From the NCBI GenBank assembly GCA_002422875.1, contig DITT01000027.1:11482-75481 (forward strand): a DNA stretch of 64,000 nt, in the 5' to 3' direction. Position numbers and translations under genes: made by a program. This stretch comes from Rickettsiales bacterium UBA6177 (GTDB lineage: Bacteria; Pseudomonadota; Alphaproteobacteria; Rickettsiales; UBA6177). The stretch's first letter is position 1; every line of letters begins with the position of its first letter. The notes below the pieces were generated by a model that ran no database searches, had not been told where the DNA came from, and saw only the letters and a program-made list of their open reading frames with translations. This document shows positions 49,968-60,395 of the stretch, piece by piece.

Positions 49968-51599
49968 TTATAAGCTTCTAATTTTAGTAATAAACTTGTC
50001 AATTTGCTCTTTAAGTAAATATGATTGTTCATCTAAATTAATCGCTGAATCAAGTACTTTATCTGCAATTTGCCCTACTTGATTAACACCTTTTTCAACC
50101 TGAGTAATATTACCAGAGATATTTCTTGCACCATTAGCTGTCATAGCAGTATTTTTAGCAATTTCATCTGTAACTACAGATTGTTCTTCAACAGAATTAG
50201 CTACTATCAATGTATTACTAGACACTTCGTTAATTGTTAAAATAATATTCATTACACTATCTACAGATTCATTAGTAGCTTCTTGAATGCTACTAATCTG
50301 ACTAGAAATTTCGCTAGTTGATTTATTTACTTTTTCTGCTAATATTTTTATCTCATAAGCAACGATTGCAAAGCCCTTACCTGCCTCGCCCGCTCTAGCT
50401 GATTCGATTGTTGCATTTAGAGCAAGTAGATTTATTTGTCTAGCAACATTATTAATCACCTCAACTATCTTCCCAATATTCACCGATTTGAGCGATAATG
50501 TTTCGATAGAATTCTTTGTTTGCAATGCGTTCGAAGCTGCTGCCTGAGCAACTTGATTTGACTTGTGAGTTAGCTCACTAATCTCACTAATTGATGATGT
50601 AAGTTTATTAATAGATAGTGATACTTCTTCTGAACTTCGCGCTGCAATGACAGAATCACTTGCAACTGCTGAAGAGTTTTTATTAGCACTTTCAGCAATA
50701 CTTGCAACTCTTTCAGCTTCAGCTCTCAGTTTTTCAGAAGATGCAACCACAAGCTCTACTACTTTTAATACTGTTTGCTCAAATTCACTTGCTATTAGAT
50801 TAAGCTCTGTTTTTCTATTCTTTTCAGATTCAACTTTTTGAAGCAACTCTAGCGCTTGAGTATCCAACTCCATTTTTTTTATTTTATCATGTTGTTCGTT
50901 ATTTATTCTTTCTGAATTAAGTGAATTCATACGCATAAACCAAACTGCTACCCCTATTAATACAGAAGCAAATGTAGCTATCAAACTACCATAAAATAAT
51001 GATTTCTTAATTCTTGCTAAACTTTCAAGGAAATCTTTAATACTTATATCAACACCTACTACACCAATAAATTGACCATTATTATTATTATAAAATGGTG
51101 TATAACCACTCAAAAAAGTACCATATTCATCTGTATATGGTTCCTCTTCTACTGTATTAATTTGCTGATTTATTGCTTGCTTTAAAGTATCCGTAGCTTC
51201 AACATATTCGGTCATTACTTTACTAGGATTATAAATCTCCCCTGATTTTGGGATTGATGAGTCAAGAATAAAATAATATTTATTATCTTGTTTGATAACT
51301 GTATAAATAAACTTAATATTAATATTAGCTCGTAGTAATTTAAAAAAAGGAGCCCTTACAGCTTCATATTCAGGAGTGCCATATTCTTCTGGCTTAGTGA
51401 TCTTTTGGTGAGCATCTTTATCTAAGAACTCTTCAGCACTTTTTGCAATGTTTAATAAATTATTTTGAACTGTTTTTTTTAAATCATTGCTAGCACTCAC
51501 ATAAACTACATAGCATGTACTACAAGAAATTAGTAGCACAATGATCCCAGCCATTAGTGCATCTCTTATAGGAATATTAAACCACGTTTTTTTTACCAC
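49968..51599 (-). CDS. methyl-accepting chemotaxis protein with a periplasmic Cache/PDC-type sensor (paralog 1)
   Basis: GTG start with an AAGGAG RBS. TM1 is followed by a periplasmic domain of about 170 aa ([18 protein letters not shown]...[10 protein letters not shown]), then TM2. The MCP signalling hairpin is [38 protein letters not shown]. Confidence 0.9.
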   Translation of the reverse strand: MVKKTWFNIPIRDALMAGIIVLLISCSTCYVVYVSASNDLKKTVQNNLLNIAKSAEEFLDKDAHQKITKPEEYGTPEYEAVRAPFFKLLRANINIKFIYTVIKQDNKYYFILDSSIPKSGEIYNPSKVMTEYVEATDTLKQAINQQINTVEEEPYTDEYGTFLSGYTPFYNNNNGQFIGVVGVDISIKDFLESLARIKKSLFYGSLIATFASVLIGVAVWFMRMNSLNSERINNEQHDKIKKMELDTQALELLQKVESEKNRKTELNLIASEFEQTVLKVVELVVASSEKLRAEAERVASIAESANKNSSAVASDSVIAARSSEEVSLSINKLTSSISEISELTHKSNQVAQAAASNALQTKNSIETLSLKSVNIGKIVEVINNVARQINLLALNATIESARAGEAGKGFAIVAYEIKILAEKVNKSTSEISSQISSIQEATNESVDSVMNIILTINEVSSNTLIVANSVEEQSVVTDEIAKNTAMTANGARNISGNITQVEKGVNQVGQIADKVLDSAINLDEQSYLLKEQIDKFITKIRSL

Positions 51600-51713
51600 T
51601 ACTTTAATCTCCTTTTAAAAAGCATATACTCTTACACCTTAAGCAATTATATAGTGAATTATGTTGGTTTTAACATTTTGTTACTCTAATTAGCATAAAC
51701 TATATTCAAAAAA

Positions 51714-53348
51714 TTATAAGCTTCTAATTCTTTTGATAAAATCATCAACTTTTTGCTTAAGCGATGATGACTGCTTATCAAGATTAATAGCAGAATCTAA
51801 AACTTTATCAGCAGTTTTGCCTACTTCATTAGCACCTTTTTCAACTTGAGTGATATTACTTGAAATATTTTTTGCGCCTGTTGCTGTTAAATTAATATTA
51901 TTTGCTATTTGATCAGTAACATCTAATTGTTTTTGTACTGCATCTGCAACTATACGCGCATTACTTGAGACCTCACCAATTGTATCAATTATATTCATAA
52001 CACTATCAACTGAGCTTAAAGTTGCATCTTGCATACTAGAAATTTGTTTAGAAATCTCTCCTGTTGCTCTATTTACCTGCTCAGCTAAAGTTTTAATTTC
52101 ATGAGCAACAATAGCAAAACCTTTTCCAGCCTCACCCGCTCTTGCTGATTCAATTGTTGCATTAAGTGCAAGCAAATTAATTTGACGAGCTATGCCATTA
52201 ATCACTTTAACTATCTCACCTATATTTGCTGATTTAGAAGATAGAGTTTCAATGACCTCTTTAGCATTTGTTGCTTTAATAGTTGCTTCTTCTACAACTT
52301 GGCTAGATTTATGAGTTTGCTCACTAATTTGGCTAAATGATATTGAAAGATCATTTGCTGATAACGATACTTCAGCTGAGCTTTGCGCTGATTTTAATGA
52401 AATTTCAGCAACTAAAGAAGAACGTTTCTTAGCATCATCTGCTATATTCGTAACTTTTTCAGCCTCAAGTCGTAGTTGCTCCGAAGAAGAGACCACTAAA
52501 TCTACAACTCCTTTTACTGATTCTTCAAAATCATCCGCTATTTGGTTTAATTCAATTCGCCTTTTATTTTCTGAGTTAGTTTTTTGAATGTTTTCATTAT
52601 CAACTCTTTTTAGTTCCATTTTTTGCATTGTGTCTTGATGTTCATCATTTAATTTAGCTGCCTTAATTGCAGCATTCCTGATAAACCACACTCCAACACC
52701 AGTCAGAATAGAGGCAAAAGTTGCAACTAAACCACCAAAAAATAATGATTTTTTAATTTTGTCTAAACCTTCAAAATATTTATTAAGCTTAATATCAGCA
52801 CCAATAATTCCAATAAACTCTTTTTTACTGTTATAAATAGGCGCATAAGCACTTAAAAACGTTCCCCATTCATCGCTATATGGTTCATCTTCGACTCTTA
52901 CATCCTGGGTAGCAAAAATTAATTTCAATAGAGGAGTTGGGCTTTTATATTCTGTCATTATTGGCGTTGGATCATCAACTTCTCCTGGTGCTGGAATATA
53001 AGTATCAATAATAAAATAAAATTTGTCATCTCTTTTTACAAGAGTATAAATTGAAGCAACATTTTCAAATCCCTCAAGGAGACGATTTAATGGAGCTCTA
53101 ACTTTGGTATAGTTTTCAGATAGCATATCATCTGGCACTAAAAGCTTTTCATGGAGATTTACATCTAGCAACCCTGATGCACTTTTTACTAAAGATGATA
53201 AATTGCTTTGCACTTCTTTTTTTAAACCCAAAGCAGCACTTAAATAAACAACATAACCTGTAATACTAGCTATTGATATTACCGTTAAGGTAACTATTAT
53301 TGCATCACGCATAGCAACATTTAACCAAGATCTACTAGCCACAACCAC
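51714..53348 (-). CDS. methyl-accepting chemotaxis protein with a periplasmic Cache/PDC-type sensor (paralog 2)
   Basis: GTG start. The architecture matches paralog 1 ([18 protein letters not shown]...[10 protein letters not shown]; [38 protein letters not shown]). Both proteins end in ...RIRSL. Confidence 0.9.
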   Translation of the reverse strand: MVVASRSWLNVAMRDAIIVTLTVISIASITGYVVYLSAALGLKKEVQSNLSSLVKSASGLLDVNLHEKLLVPDDMLSENYTKVRAPLNRLLEGFENVASIYTLVKRDDKFYFIIDTYIPAPGEVDDPTPIMTEYKSPTPLLKLIFATQDVRVEDEPYSDEWGTFLSAYAPIYNSKKEFIGIIGADIKLNKYFEGLDKIKKSLFFGGLVATFASILTGVGVWFIRNAAIKAAKLNDEHQDTMQKMELKRVDNENIQKTNSENKRRIELNQIADDFEESVKGVVDLVVSSSEQLRLEAEKVTNIADDAKKRSSLVAEISLKSAQSSAEVSLSANDLSISFSQISEQTHKSSQVVEEATIKATNAKEVIETLSSKSANIGEIVKVINGIARQINLLALNATIESARAGEAGKGFAIVAHEIKTLAEQVNRATGEISKQISSMQDATLSSVDSVMNIIDTIGEVSSNARIVADAVQKQLDVTDQIANNINLTATGAKNISSNITQVEKGANEVGKTADKVLDSAINLDKQSSSLKQKVDDFIKRIRSL

Positions 53349-53571
53349 TTCCCTAACTAATTTTTAAATTACTTATTGCTTTTACAATTAGTTTACTAAG
53401 ATATAGTTAATAATTCCTAAAAATTAATCACCTATACTGGCTTGGTATAGTAAATTAAATTTATGAATACACGATGCATGATGAATATAGTCTAAAAATC
53501 TTGTGCTAGCACGCGGTAACAAAATGTTAAAATTAGCTACAGTTTACAATATTTGTTAAGCCATAGTAATT

Positions 53572-54342
53572 TTATATATTTTCAATAGATTTAATTAATC
53601 TTTTTAATTCTTCAAAGAGAAACCAAATTTCTTGCGTAAACCAATCTAGCCATTGAGTTTCAGAAATTGGATATTCAGAAATACGTGCAAGCCCAATATA
53701 TGTTCTAAGTTTAGCAAGTATATAAGTAATACGAAGCATCTTAAAATCTACTGCATGTAGTGGTATTTCTTTTAAAATAGACGCTTTGCACTCATCAAAT
53801 ATATCAATATTTTTTATCAGCACATCAGCTATTATGCTGCGATTTATGATATAACCTTGATCATATTTTATTACTTTGCATTCTATCGTAATAGTAATTG
53901 AGTCATTTATTAATTCATAAAGTATATTAATTAAATTAGTGAGTTTTACATTCTTAAATTTAGTATTTGCCTGTGTATCACTCATTTTATGGAGGTTTTT
54001 AAGTCTTAAGGGCAAACTATAACCAATCCCACGGATATTAAGCAAATAACCATCCAAACTTGGATGAAAATTTAAAATAAATTGCCTAATCTCCGATAGC
54101 TTTCTATGCATTCTAGTGGAATCATTAATTATAAGATTATATTCTTTCAAAATTTTAATAATACAATCATAAGAAAGTGGGGTTGGGTGATTACTAAATA
54201 ACTGATATAACACTGAAGCCATATAAGGTTTAAGCCTTGTGTCTATACAATTGCCATCGATTTCAAGACGTAATAAAAAATTATTTACATCTATAGTCAC
54301 AATATTTTGGTTCTTAGCATCAATAAGTGATATAAATTTCAT
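53572..54342 (-). CDS. receiver-less OmpR/PhoB (ToxR/CadC)-type winged-helix DNA-binding protein with an unknown C-terminal domain
   Basis: The N-terminal 115 aa have the Trans_reg_C layout: a target-phrase helix (LKPYMASVLYQLFSNHPTPLSYDCIIKIL), a recognition helix (MHRKLSEIRQFI) and a wing (LLNIRGIGYSL). No receiver domain or TM segment is visible. It overlaps the upstream alaX-like gene by 4 nt (ATGA). Confidence 0.55.
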   Translation of the reverse strand: MKFISLIDAKNQNIVTIDVNNFLLRLEIDGNCIDTRLKPYMASVLYQLFSNHPTPLSYDCIIKILKEYNLIINDSTRMHRKLSEIRQFILNFHPSLDGYLLNIRGIGYSLPLRLKNLHKMSDTQANTKFKNVKLTNLINILYELINDSITITIECKVIKYDQGYIINRSIIADVLIKNIDIFDECKASILKEIPLHAVDFKMLRITYILAKLRTYIGLARISEYPISETQWLDWFTQEIWFLFEELKRLIKSIENI

Positions 54343-55046
54343 GTTACCTCATAAGAAATTCGCGTAATATTATTTTTAGCTTTAATTTTTATAATATTAA
54401 TATTTCCAATCTCATGTAAACAAGATAAATGAGTCCCACCACATGGAGTTGGTGACATATTTCCTATTTGCATAACTCTAAATTTTTTATGTTCAGGGAT
54501 ACTATATGGCAATTTATAAAATTGTTTTTCAAATGTTTGCGAGTCTATTTCTAAAATTTTTATTAGATCATTTCTTGCAATCACCTCAGTAATAATATTT
54601 TGAATTTTATTAGAATCTACTACATCCTCTCCCTGAAATTCTACATAAGCTTCACCAGGAAAAGAATGTCCTTTAATAGCTTTAAGTTTATGATAGTTTT
54701 GTTCGATAATGTTACTTAGCAAATGAGCAGCAGTATGAAATTTGCTATTAAGTAACCTTCTATCTTGATTAATATAGCATTCAATATTTGCATTTACTAT
54801 GTCAGAATTTATAGACATAGATGTATAATGCCTAATCTTATTGTCATTTTGCCGCACTAAATTGATAATAATTTCATAATTATTATTTTTAATAATACCA
54901 TTATCTGAAGGTTGACCACCTCCTTGTGGATAAAATATAGTTTGATTAAGGATAATAAATTTACCATATTTATCTTCCCCTATTTCTAAAATTATAGCCT
55001 TAAAGTAAAATTTATATGTGTCTTTTAAATAGAGTTGTTCTGTCAT
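54339..55046 (-). CDS. AlaX-type alanyl-tRNA editing protein (tRNA_SAD domain)
   Basis: 235 aa. It has an N-terminal beta-barrel (TIFYPQGGGQPSDNG) and the Zn motifs HTAAHLL (HxxxH) and PCGGTHL (CxxxH). Confidence 0.8.
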   Translation of the reverse strand: MTEQLYLKDTYKFYFKAIILEIGEDKYGKFIILNQTIFYPQGGGQPSDNGIIKNNNYEIIINLVRQNDNKIRHYTSMSINSDIVNANIECYINQDRRLLNSKFHTAAHLLSNIIEQNYHKLKAIKGHSFPGEAYVEFQGEDVVDSNKIQNIITEVIARNDLIKILEIDSQTFEKQFYKLPYSIPEHKKFRVMQIGNMSPTPCGGTHLSCLHEIGNINIIKIKAKNNITRISYEVT

Positions 55047-55250
55047 TTTAAGTTCTATATCTGATTTATAATCTCTATATTATTTACTGAATTTATCATG
55101 ATAAATATAATTATAAAATCCTAAATAAGAGACATAATGACATCATTATCCTTATAATATCCTAAATTTATCTTAAAAGCAAAGTCTTTAAAGATAAGTA
55201 AATATTCTTATCTTTATAATCAAACATTTTTCTTGGCTATATTAGCTTAA

Positions 55251-55350
55251 AGTGAATTCAGTTGGCTGGTGCTATCCGTTAATCGTTGTTTAGGAAGGAT
55301 TAAGCCTGCTCGGCCTTTTTCCTAGCATATTTTCAACTTAATTCACTATA
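55251..55350 (+). repeat. 100-bp palindromic (MITE/RPE-like) intergenic repeat, copy B
   Basis: It has the same orientation and block order as copy A. The termini are AGTGAATTCAGTT / AACTTAATTCACT inverted repeats. Confidence 0.8.
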
Positions 55351-55478
55351 CATTGCTTATTTGACAATACCTAAAAATTGAGTTAATTTTAGCTTTAATT
55401 TTTTATTAAAATAAAGCGCTTATCTGGAATTAACGTTATAGATATTGATCATATTTTGGTTTTAGAAATTCCATTTAT

Positions 55479-58274
55479 TTAACCAAGTTTATTTTTAATA
55501 TTTCTAATTTCTAGTTTTAACATTTTTCTTTTACTCTTATATTTTTGCTTTAAAGAACCAAAAAGAATTTTAGATAAAATTTTATATTTATAGTATTTTA
55601 TTCTTTTTCTTTTTAAATCTTTCTTTAATATTTGCTTTTGTGATAAAGATATTGTTTGTGCTTTTATTTTTTCTGCAATTTTATTTTCAATATTATCAAA
55701 TAAAATTTCCTCATAAAACGCTGTCTGACGGGCGTAGTACCACCATTTATCAGCATGTTCATGCTGTGGTGAGTTCCAAGGTTTTATATTACTTGTATAA
55801 TGAATAATTTTAGGATTACTCATCACTCTTTCGTACTCAATAACATTTACTCCATCTAGAAAAGAGAGGTTAAATATTTTTATGTGCCATTGGATATTCC
55901 AACTAGTATCAATTATGTTAAAATCCTTACCATACAAAGCGTTTAAAACATCTTGATCAGAGTATCTTGGAGTTCCAATTTCTTTAAGTTTAGCTATGCA
56001 TTTCTCTTCAAAATTATCTTTGATAGCTTCTTGTACATCTATTAGCATTACGCCAGCTTGTAAGTATCTTCTAGGGTCTTTTAGCTTAAGAACCTCTCTA
56101 TTATATTTTATATGGTCATTGCGAATAGCACCTAAAGCGATAGCTCCTGTTAAAACTTTAGAGTTGGTTTTTATCTCATAAAATTTTCTTATATCTTCTA
56201 AAACAATAGTATCAGGATCTAAATAAATTACTTTCTTAAAATTTTTAAATATCTTAGGGATAAAGAACCGTAAATAAGTACTTAATGTAAAATGAAAAGA
56301 AATTCGAAAATTGTTTACACCATAAGAATTTATTATTTTTCTTACATCAATAAATTTTATTGTTGCATTTTCATATTTAAAAATTTTGATAATTTTATTG
56401 ATAGTTTCATTTGATATATCGCAATAAATAATAAAAAAATTGAGAAAAACATTACTTTTAGAGTTTTTAATTACTGAATGGATACTTACTAATGTATAAT
56501 TAATATAGTTTTTATCACATGCGTATATTATTGGTATAGATTCTTTATCTTTGATTGGATATGGAGTATTAAATAATATTTCATCTACTTTTTGATATGC
56601 TGAAGATAAAAAATAGTTTTTTGTATCAATTTTTTTAATTGTATTATACCTACCTTCATTACCCATTGGGTTAGATATATAATTATCTATTATACTTTTT
56701 GATATATCTTTTGTAGTAAATCTCATTAAAAAATTTAATTGAACTAAATTTTTAAAATGCTGCATCTCACTCCAATAATTTTTGGTAACGTTTGCTGAGT
56801 GTTTTTTATAAAAAATAGTTTTTTTATTGATAGCTTCAATTTTTCCACCATATTTAAGAATTTGGTAATAAAGATTATAATCTTCTGTATAAGTATATTT
56901 TTCATTATAAGAAATATTACACTTCTCTAGAAAAGCTTTCCTATACATAACTGTTGAATGACAAATAAAATTGTTTATTGTTAGCATGAGCTGAGCAGCT
57001 TTATGATCAAAGCTTTCAGTCCACTTACTACTATTATTAATTTTATTATTTTCTATGATATCAAAATCAGTTGCCAATAAAGTAATTTCAGGATTTTTCT
57101 CCATATAATTTACTTGTACTTCTAATCTATTCTCATATGAGATATCATCATCATCATTAACAGCTATATATTTCCCTTGCGCTGCTTTATTTATCTTATT
57201 TCTACAAAAAGATATGCCTTTGCATTCTGTATTAAATAAGATTCTAACTCTTTTATCTTTTAAGGAATAATAATACAATAATTGTTTTGTTTCGTCGTCT
57301 GAGTAATCATCAACTATTATAAGTTCAAAGTTTCTATAGCTTTGTTTTAGAATAGAGGTTATCGTTTGATTCAACAAATCTTTTCTATTACGTGTTATTA
57401 TTGCTACTGAAACAAGTGGTTGTACATCTATCGTTTCTTGTGTATATAGTTGTCTATTTTTATAAAATGGTGATAATTGATAATATTTCTGTTGTTCTTC
57501 AGTAAATAATGAATAATTTAGATCGGTATTTTCAAAGCTTGTAAATTGTATTACAATAGGATCTTTGAATGTTTTATAGAAATCTTCATAATTATATATT
57601 TCATTTATTCTTTTATTATTTAAGGCCTCAAGAGAATGAAGCATAACATTATAATTATTAGGCAAAAATTTTATTTTTTTATAATAAACTAAGTTAACAA
57701 TTTCTTCAGCATTATTAGAGTTTTCTATTTTTTTTTGTATCATCTTTTTTATATAAGAATCATTAAATCTATGTTCTTCTAGGTTAACTAAAAGAACATT
57801 TGTATTAACGTACTGCTTAATGCTATTCTTATTAATGTAATACATTGGATCAATAACACCGGCACAAAAATTATTTTGTAATTCTTGGCTATATAAATCA
57901 TATAAATCTTTCTTTACTAAAATACTTCCTTTAAAATATATTATTCTTTGATATTTATTAAAATCTTCAATTTCAGTTAATAATAAGCAACTGTAATTTA
58001 TAAAATCTTGGATTATAAATTTTTGATATGAGCTGAATAATTCAGGGTAATTAATAAAGAAAATCTCACATTGAGTATATCTATCTTTTATAGAAGATAT
58101 TTTTTCTTTATTTTCTTCATTAAATTCACTAGGTATTAATAAATAGAATTTATAGAATGTATTTTGAGATTTGTTTTCTAAAGCAGAAATTATTGCTACA
58201 CTTATTGGCATTGAATAATTATCGTCAAGAGCCATTACTATAGGTATTATATTATTATTCATATTATTATTCAT
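55479..58274 (-). CDS. three-domain glycosyltransferase: degenerate GT8, GT2 (GT-A) and intact GT8
   Basis: 931 aa. Residues 9-270 are GT8-like (IPIVMALDDNY, NTNVLLVNL). In this domain DxD is replaced by YFKGS, DQD by AEE, and the H of H..KPW by Q. Residues 288-500 are GT2 (VSVAIITRNR...LIIVDDYSDDET...VNDDDDIS). Residues 580-860 are a canonical GT8 (IPIIYACDKNY, VIYLDPDTIV, LQAGVMLIDV, SDQDVLN, IIHYTSNIKPW). A Lys-rich C-terminal tail follows. Confidence 0.85.
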   Translation of the reverse strand: MNNNMNNNIIPIVMALDDNYSMPISVAIISALENKSQNTFYKFYLLIPSEFNEENKEKISSIKDRYTQCEIFFINYPELFSSYQKFIIQDFINYSCLLLTEIEDFNKYQRIIYFKGSILVKKDLYDLYSQELQNNFCAGVIDPMYYINKNSIKQYVNTNVLLVNLEEHRFNDSYIKKMIQKKIENSNNAEEIVNLVYYKKIKFLPNNYNVMLHSLEALNNKRINEIYNYEDFYKTFKDPIVIQFTSFENTDLNYSLFTEEQQKYYQLSPFYKNRQLYTQETIDVQPLVSVAIITRNRKDLLNQTITSILKQSYRNFELIIVDDYSDDETKQLLYYYSLKDKRVRILFNTECKGISFCRNKINKAAQGKYIAVNDDDDISYENRLEVQVNYMEKNPEITLLATDFDIIENNKINNSSKWTESFDHKAAQLMLTINNFICHSTVMYRKAFLEKCNISYNEKYTYTEDYNLYYQILKYGGKIEAINKKTIFYKKHSANVTKNYWSEMQHFKNLVQLNFLMRFTTKDISKSIIDNYISNPMGNEGRYNTIKKIDTKNYFLSSAYQKVDEILFNTPYPIKDKESIPIIYACDKNYINYTLVSIHSVIKNSKSNVFLNFFIIYCDISNETINKIIKIFKYENATIKFIDVRKIINSYGVNNFRISFHFTLSTYLRFFIPKIFKNFKKVIYLDPDTIVLEDIRKFYEIKTNSKVLTGAIALGAIRNDHIKYNREVLKLKDPRRYLQAGVMLIDVQEAIKDNFEEKCIAKLKEIGTPRYSDQDVLNALYGKDFNIIDTSWNIQWHIKIFNLSFLDGVNVIEYERVMSNPKIIHYTSNIKPWNSPQHEHADKWWYYARQTAFYEEILFDNIENKIAEKIKAQTISLSQKQILKKDLKRKRIKYYKYKILSKILFGSLKQKYKSKRKMLKLEIRNIKNKLG

Positions 58275-58286
58275 ATTATTAAAAGA

Positions 58287-59255
58287 TTAAAATTTTCTAT
58301 TTAATTCCCAGATCCAGGCTGATTTTATAATATCTTTTATATTATTATATTTTATTTCCCAACCTAAAATACTTTGAGCTTTTTTATTAGCAGCAAAAAG
58401 AGCAGCAGGGTCGCCTTCTCTTCTTTTAACTACTATATAATTACATTTTTCTCCAGATATTTCTTCAGCAGCTTTTATTACTTCCATTACTGTCGTACCA
58501 ATACCTGTACCTAAATTTATATATCCTGTATACTGATCTAATTTTGCAAGTGCTAAAATATGAGCAGTAGCTAAATCTCCAACATGAATGTAATCACGAA
58601 TACAAGTACCATCTTTTGTATCATAATCATCACCAAAGATTCTTATTTTTTTATTTTCACCCTTGATTGCTTTTAGTACTAAAGGTATCAAATGAGTTTC
58701 TGGATTGTGGCTTTCACCAATACTACCATCGCTTGCAGCTCCTGCTGCATTAAAATATCTAAGAGCTATATATTTTAAACCATAAGCTTTAGCATAATCT
58801 GCTAAAATTTGTTCTATCATTAATTTTGAATGCCCGTAAGGGTTTATAGGTTTCTGGGGATGATTTTCGTCAATTGGAGTATATTGAGGGTTTCCATATG
58901 TAGCACAAGTACTTGAAAAAACTATTTTTTTTACATTGTTTTTTAGCATTACCTCAAGCAAAATCATAGTACCTAATACATTATTTTGATAATATTTCTG
59001 AGGATTTAAAACACTTTCACCAACATACGCATATGCAGCAAAATGAATTACTGCTTCGATTTTATATTTATTAAATAAATTATCTAAGCTTTTTTTATCA
59101 TTAAGATCAAATTTTTCAAATATAATTTGATTTGGTATCGCTTCAATATGTCCATATTCTAAATTATCTACAACTATACATTCTTTATTAAGCTTAACTA
59201 ACTCTCTTACTGTATGAGAGCCTATATACCCTGCTCCCCCCGTTACTAAAATCAT
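58287..59255 (-). CDS. galE: UDP-glucose 4-epimerase
   Basis: 322 aa. It has MILVTGGAGYIGSH, SSTCATYG, a catalytic YGHSK, and the RYFNAAGA block. Confidence 0.9.
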   Translation of the reverse strand: MILVTGGAGYIGSHTVRELVKLNKECIVVDNLEYGHIEAIPNQIIFEKFDLNDKKSLDNLFNKYKIEAVIHFAAYAYVGESVLNPQKYYQNNVLGTMILLEVMLKNNVKKIVFSSTCATYGNPQYTPIDENHPQKPINPYGHSKLMIEQILADYAKAYGLKYIALRYFNAAGAASDGSIGESHNPETHLIPLVLKAIKGENKKIRIFGDDYDTKDGTCIRDYIHVGDLATAHILALAKLDQYTGYINLGTGIGTTVMEVIKAAEEISGEKCNYIVVKRREGDPAALFAANKKAQSILGWEIKYNNIKDIIKSAWIWELNRKF

Positions 59256-59282
59256 TTTACTCCCTTACAATCATTTATTTAT

Positions 59283-60395
59283 TTTTAATAAACTTATTGA
59301 TTATTGTAACTTTTTTATATTTTTCTTTTTTGTATAAATAAAGTTTTTAATAGGATACAAGAAAAGCTATTTACTAACATCTTCATTCCAAGCTGTTTCT
59401 ATCAATTACTATAAATCGATTACCTTTTAAAAGGTACACTAATTCTAACTCTTTAAACTTCTTATTAAAAGTAATGCTTAAACTCATTAATTCATCATGT
59501 GTAAAAAATTGTTGCTTAATATTGAGCATTTTTAAATCAATAAAATGCTTTAAATCTATTTTACACTTATCAAATTTGTTTGATTCTTTTAGAAAATCAA
59601 AAGCCATGCAACATATTTTAAATAAATCATATTTATCTTTAGCCTTACCTTGTTCGACTAAAGAGATTATTGAATTATTATTGATATAATATGTATATAA
59701 ATCTTTATTAAGAGCAAAATATTTATCTATAAATAAGCTATATAAAAATATAAAAAATTCATCTTCATGTTCACAACCCTCTGGAAAGAAGATTTGATTA
59801 GTTATAATAATCTCTCTTTTAAAGATTTTATTCCATAATAGAATATTCATATATTTACGTCTTAGTTCATCCAAAACAATAATTTGACTTTCTATTATAT
59901 TATTACAATATTCTTTTTGTGATTTTAAACGACACTGAGATAATCGCTCCTCTGGCGATGCATCTCCAATAGTTACTACTGCATTACACATTACTAAATC
60001 AACATTTTGTGTTTTTATGGCATCTAACATTTCATTGCACATACTAGGCACATATTCATCATCTGAATCACAAAACATTAAATACTCACCATTAGCATTC
60101 GCAAGACCCACATTTCTTGCAGCTGCAACACCTTTGTTAATTTGTGAGAATACTTTTACTCTAGTATCTTCTTGAGCATATTTATTTAATAACTCTAAAC
60201 TACTATCTTTAGAACCGTCATTAATACATATAATCTCAATATCTTGATAAGTTTGACCAACAAGAGAATTTAAGCATCTCTTTATTGTAGCCTCTCTATT
60301 AAAAACAGGAACAATTATGCTAATTAAATCTTTTGTAAATTTCATAATATTATTTTTAATTAAAGATTATTTTCTCTTAAAAAGCTTTTTGTTAC
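59283..60395. repeat. tandem duplication unit 1 (1113 bp: GT2 gene plus flanks)
   Basis: Homology with unit 2 begins at TTTTAATAAACTTATTGATT (59283 vs 60396). It runs through the whole GT2 gene to the shared ...AATATTAT.TTTAATTAAA.ATTATT..CTCTTAAAAAGCTTTT leader. The offset between the two start codons is exactly 1113 nt. Confidence 0.85.
59383..60345 (-). CDS. family 2 glycosyltransferase (tandem paralog, short form)
   Basis: GT-A fold N-terminus ISIIVPVFNREATIKRCLNSLVGQTYQDIEIICINDGSKDSS, with DxD in FCDSDDEY. The N-terminal 110 aa are nearly identical to the upstream paralog. Confidence 0.88.
   Translation of the reverse strand: MKFTKDLISIIVPVFNREATIKRCLNSLVGQTYQDIEIICINDGSKDSSLELLNKYAQEDTRVKVFSQINKGVAAARNVGLANANGEYLMFCDSDDEYVPSMCNEMLDAIKTQNVDLVMCNAVVTIGDASPEERLSQCRLKSQKEYCNNIIESQIIVLDELRRKYMNILLWNKIFKREIIITNQIFFPEGCEHEDEFFIFLYSLFIDKYFALNKDLYTYYINNNSIISLVEQGKAKDKYDLFKICCMAFDFLKESNKFDKCKIDLKHFIDLKMLNIKQQFFTHDELMSLSITFNKKFKELELVYLLKGNRFIVIDRNSLE

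Noticed and set aside
50919-51660. Extra 10-12-nt matches to the termini of the 100-bp repeat. AAGTGAATTCAT lies at 50919-50930 inside MCP paralog 1, and ATAGTGAATT lies at 51651-51660 in the MCP1/MCP2 spacer.
   Set aside because: Similarity does not extend beyond the terminal 10-12 nt. One match lies within conserved coding sequence. Such A/T-rich 11-mers are expected by chance roughly once per window of this size.
53434-53463. A sigma-28 (FliA)-like promoter upstream of MCP paralog 2, read on the minus strand as TAAA-N18-GCCAGTAT.
   Set aside because: Only 5 of 8 positions match the GCCGATAA -10 box, and the spacer is 18 nt rather than 15. That is not distinguishable from background.
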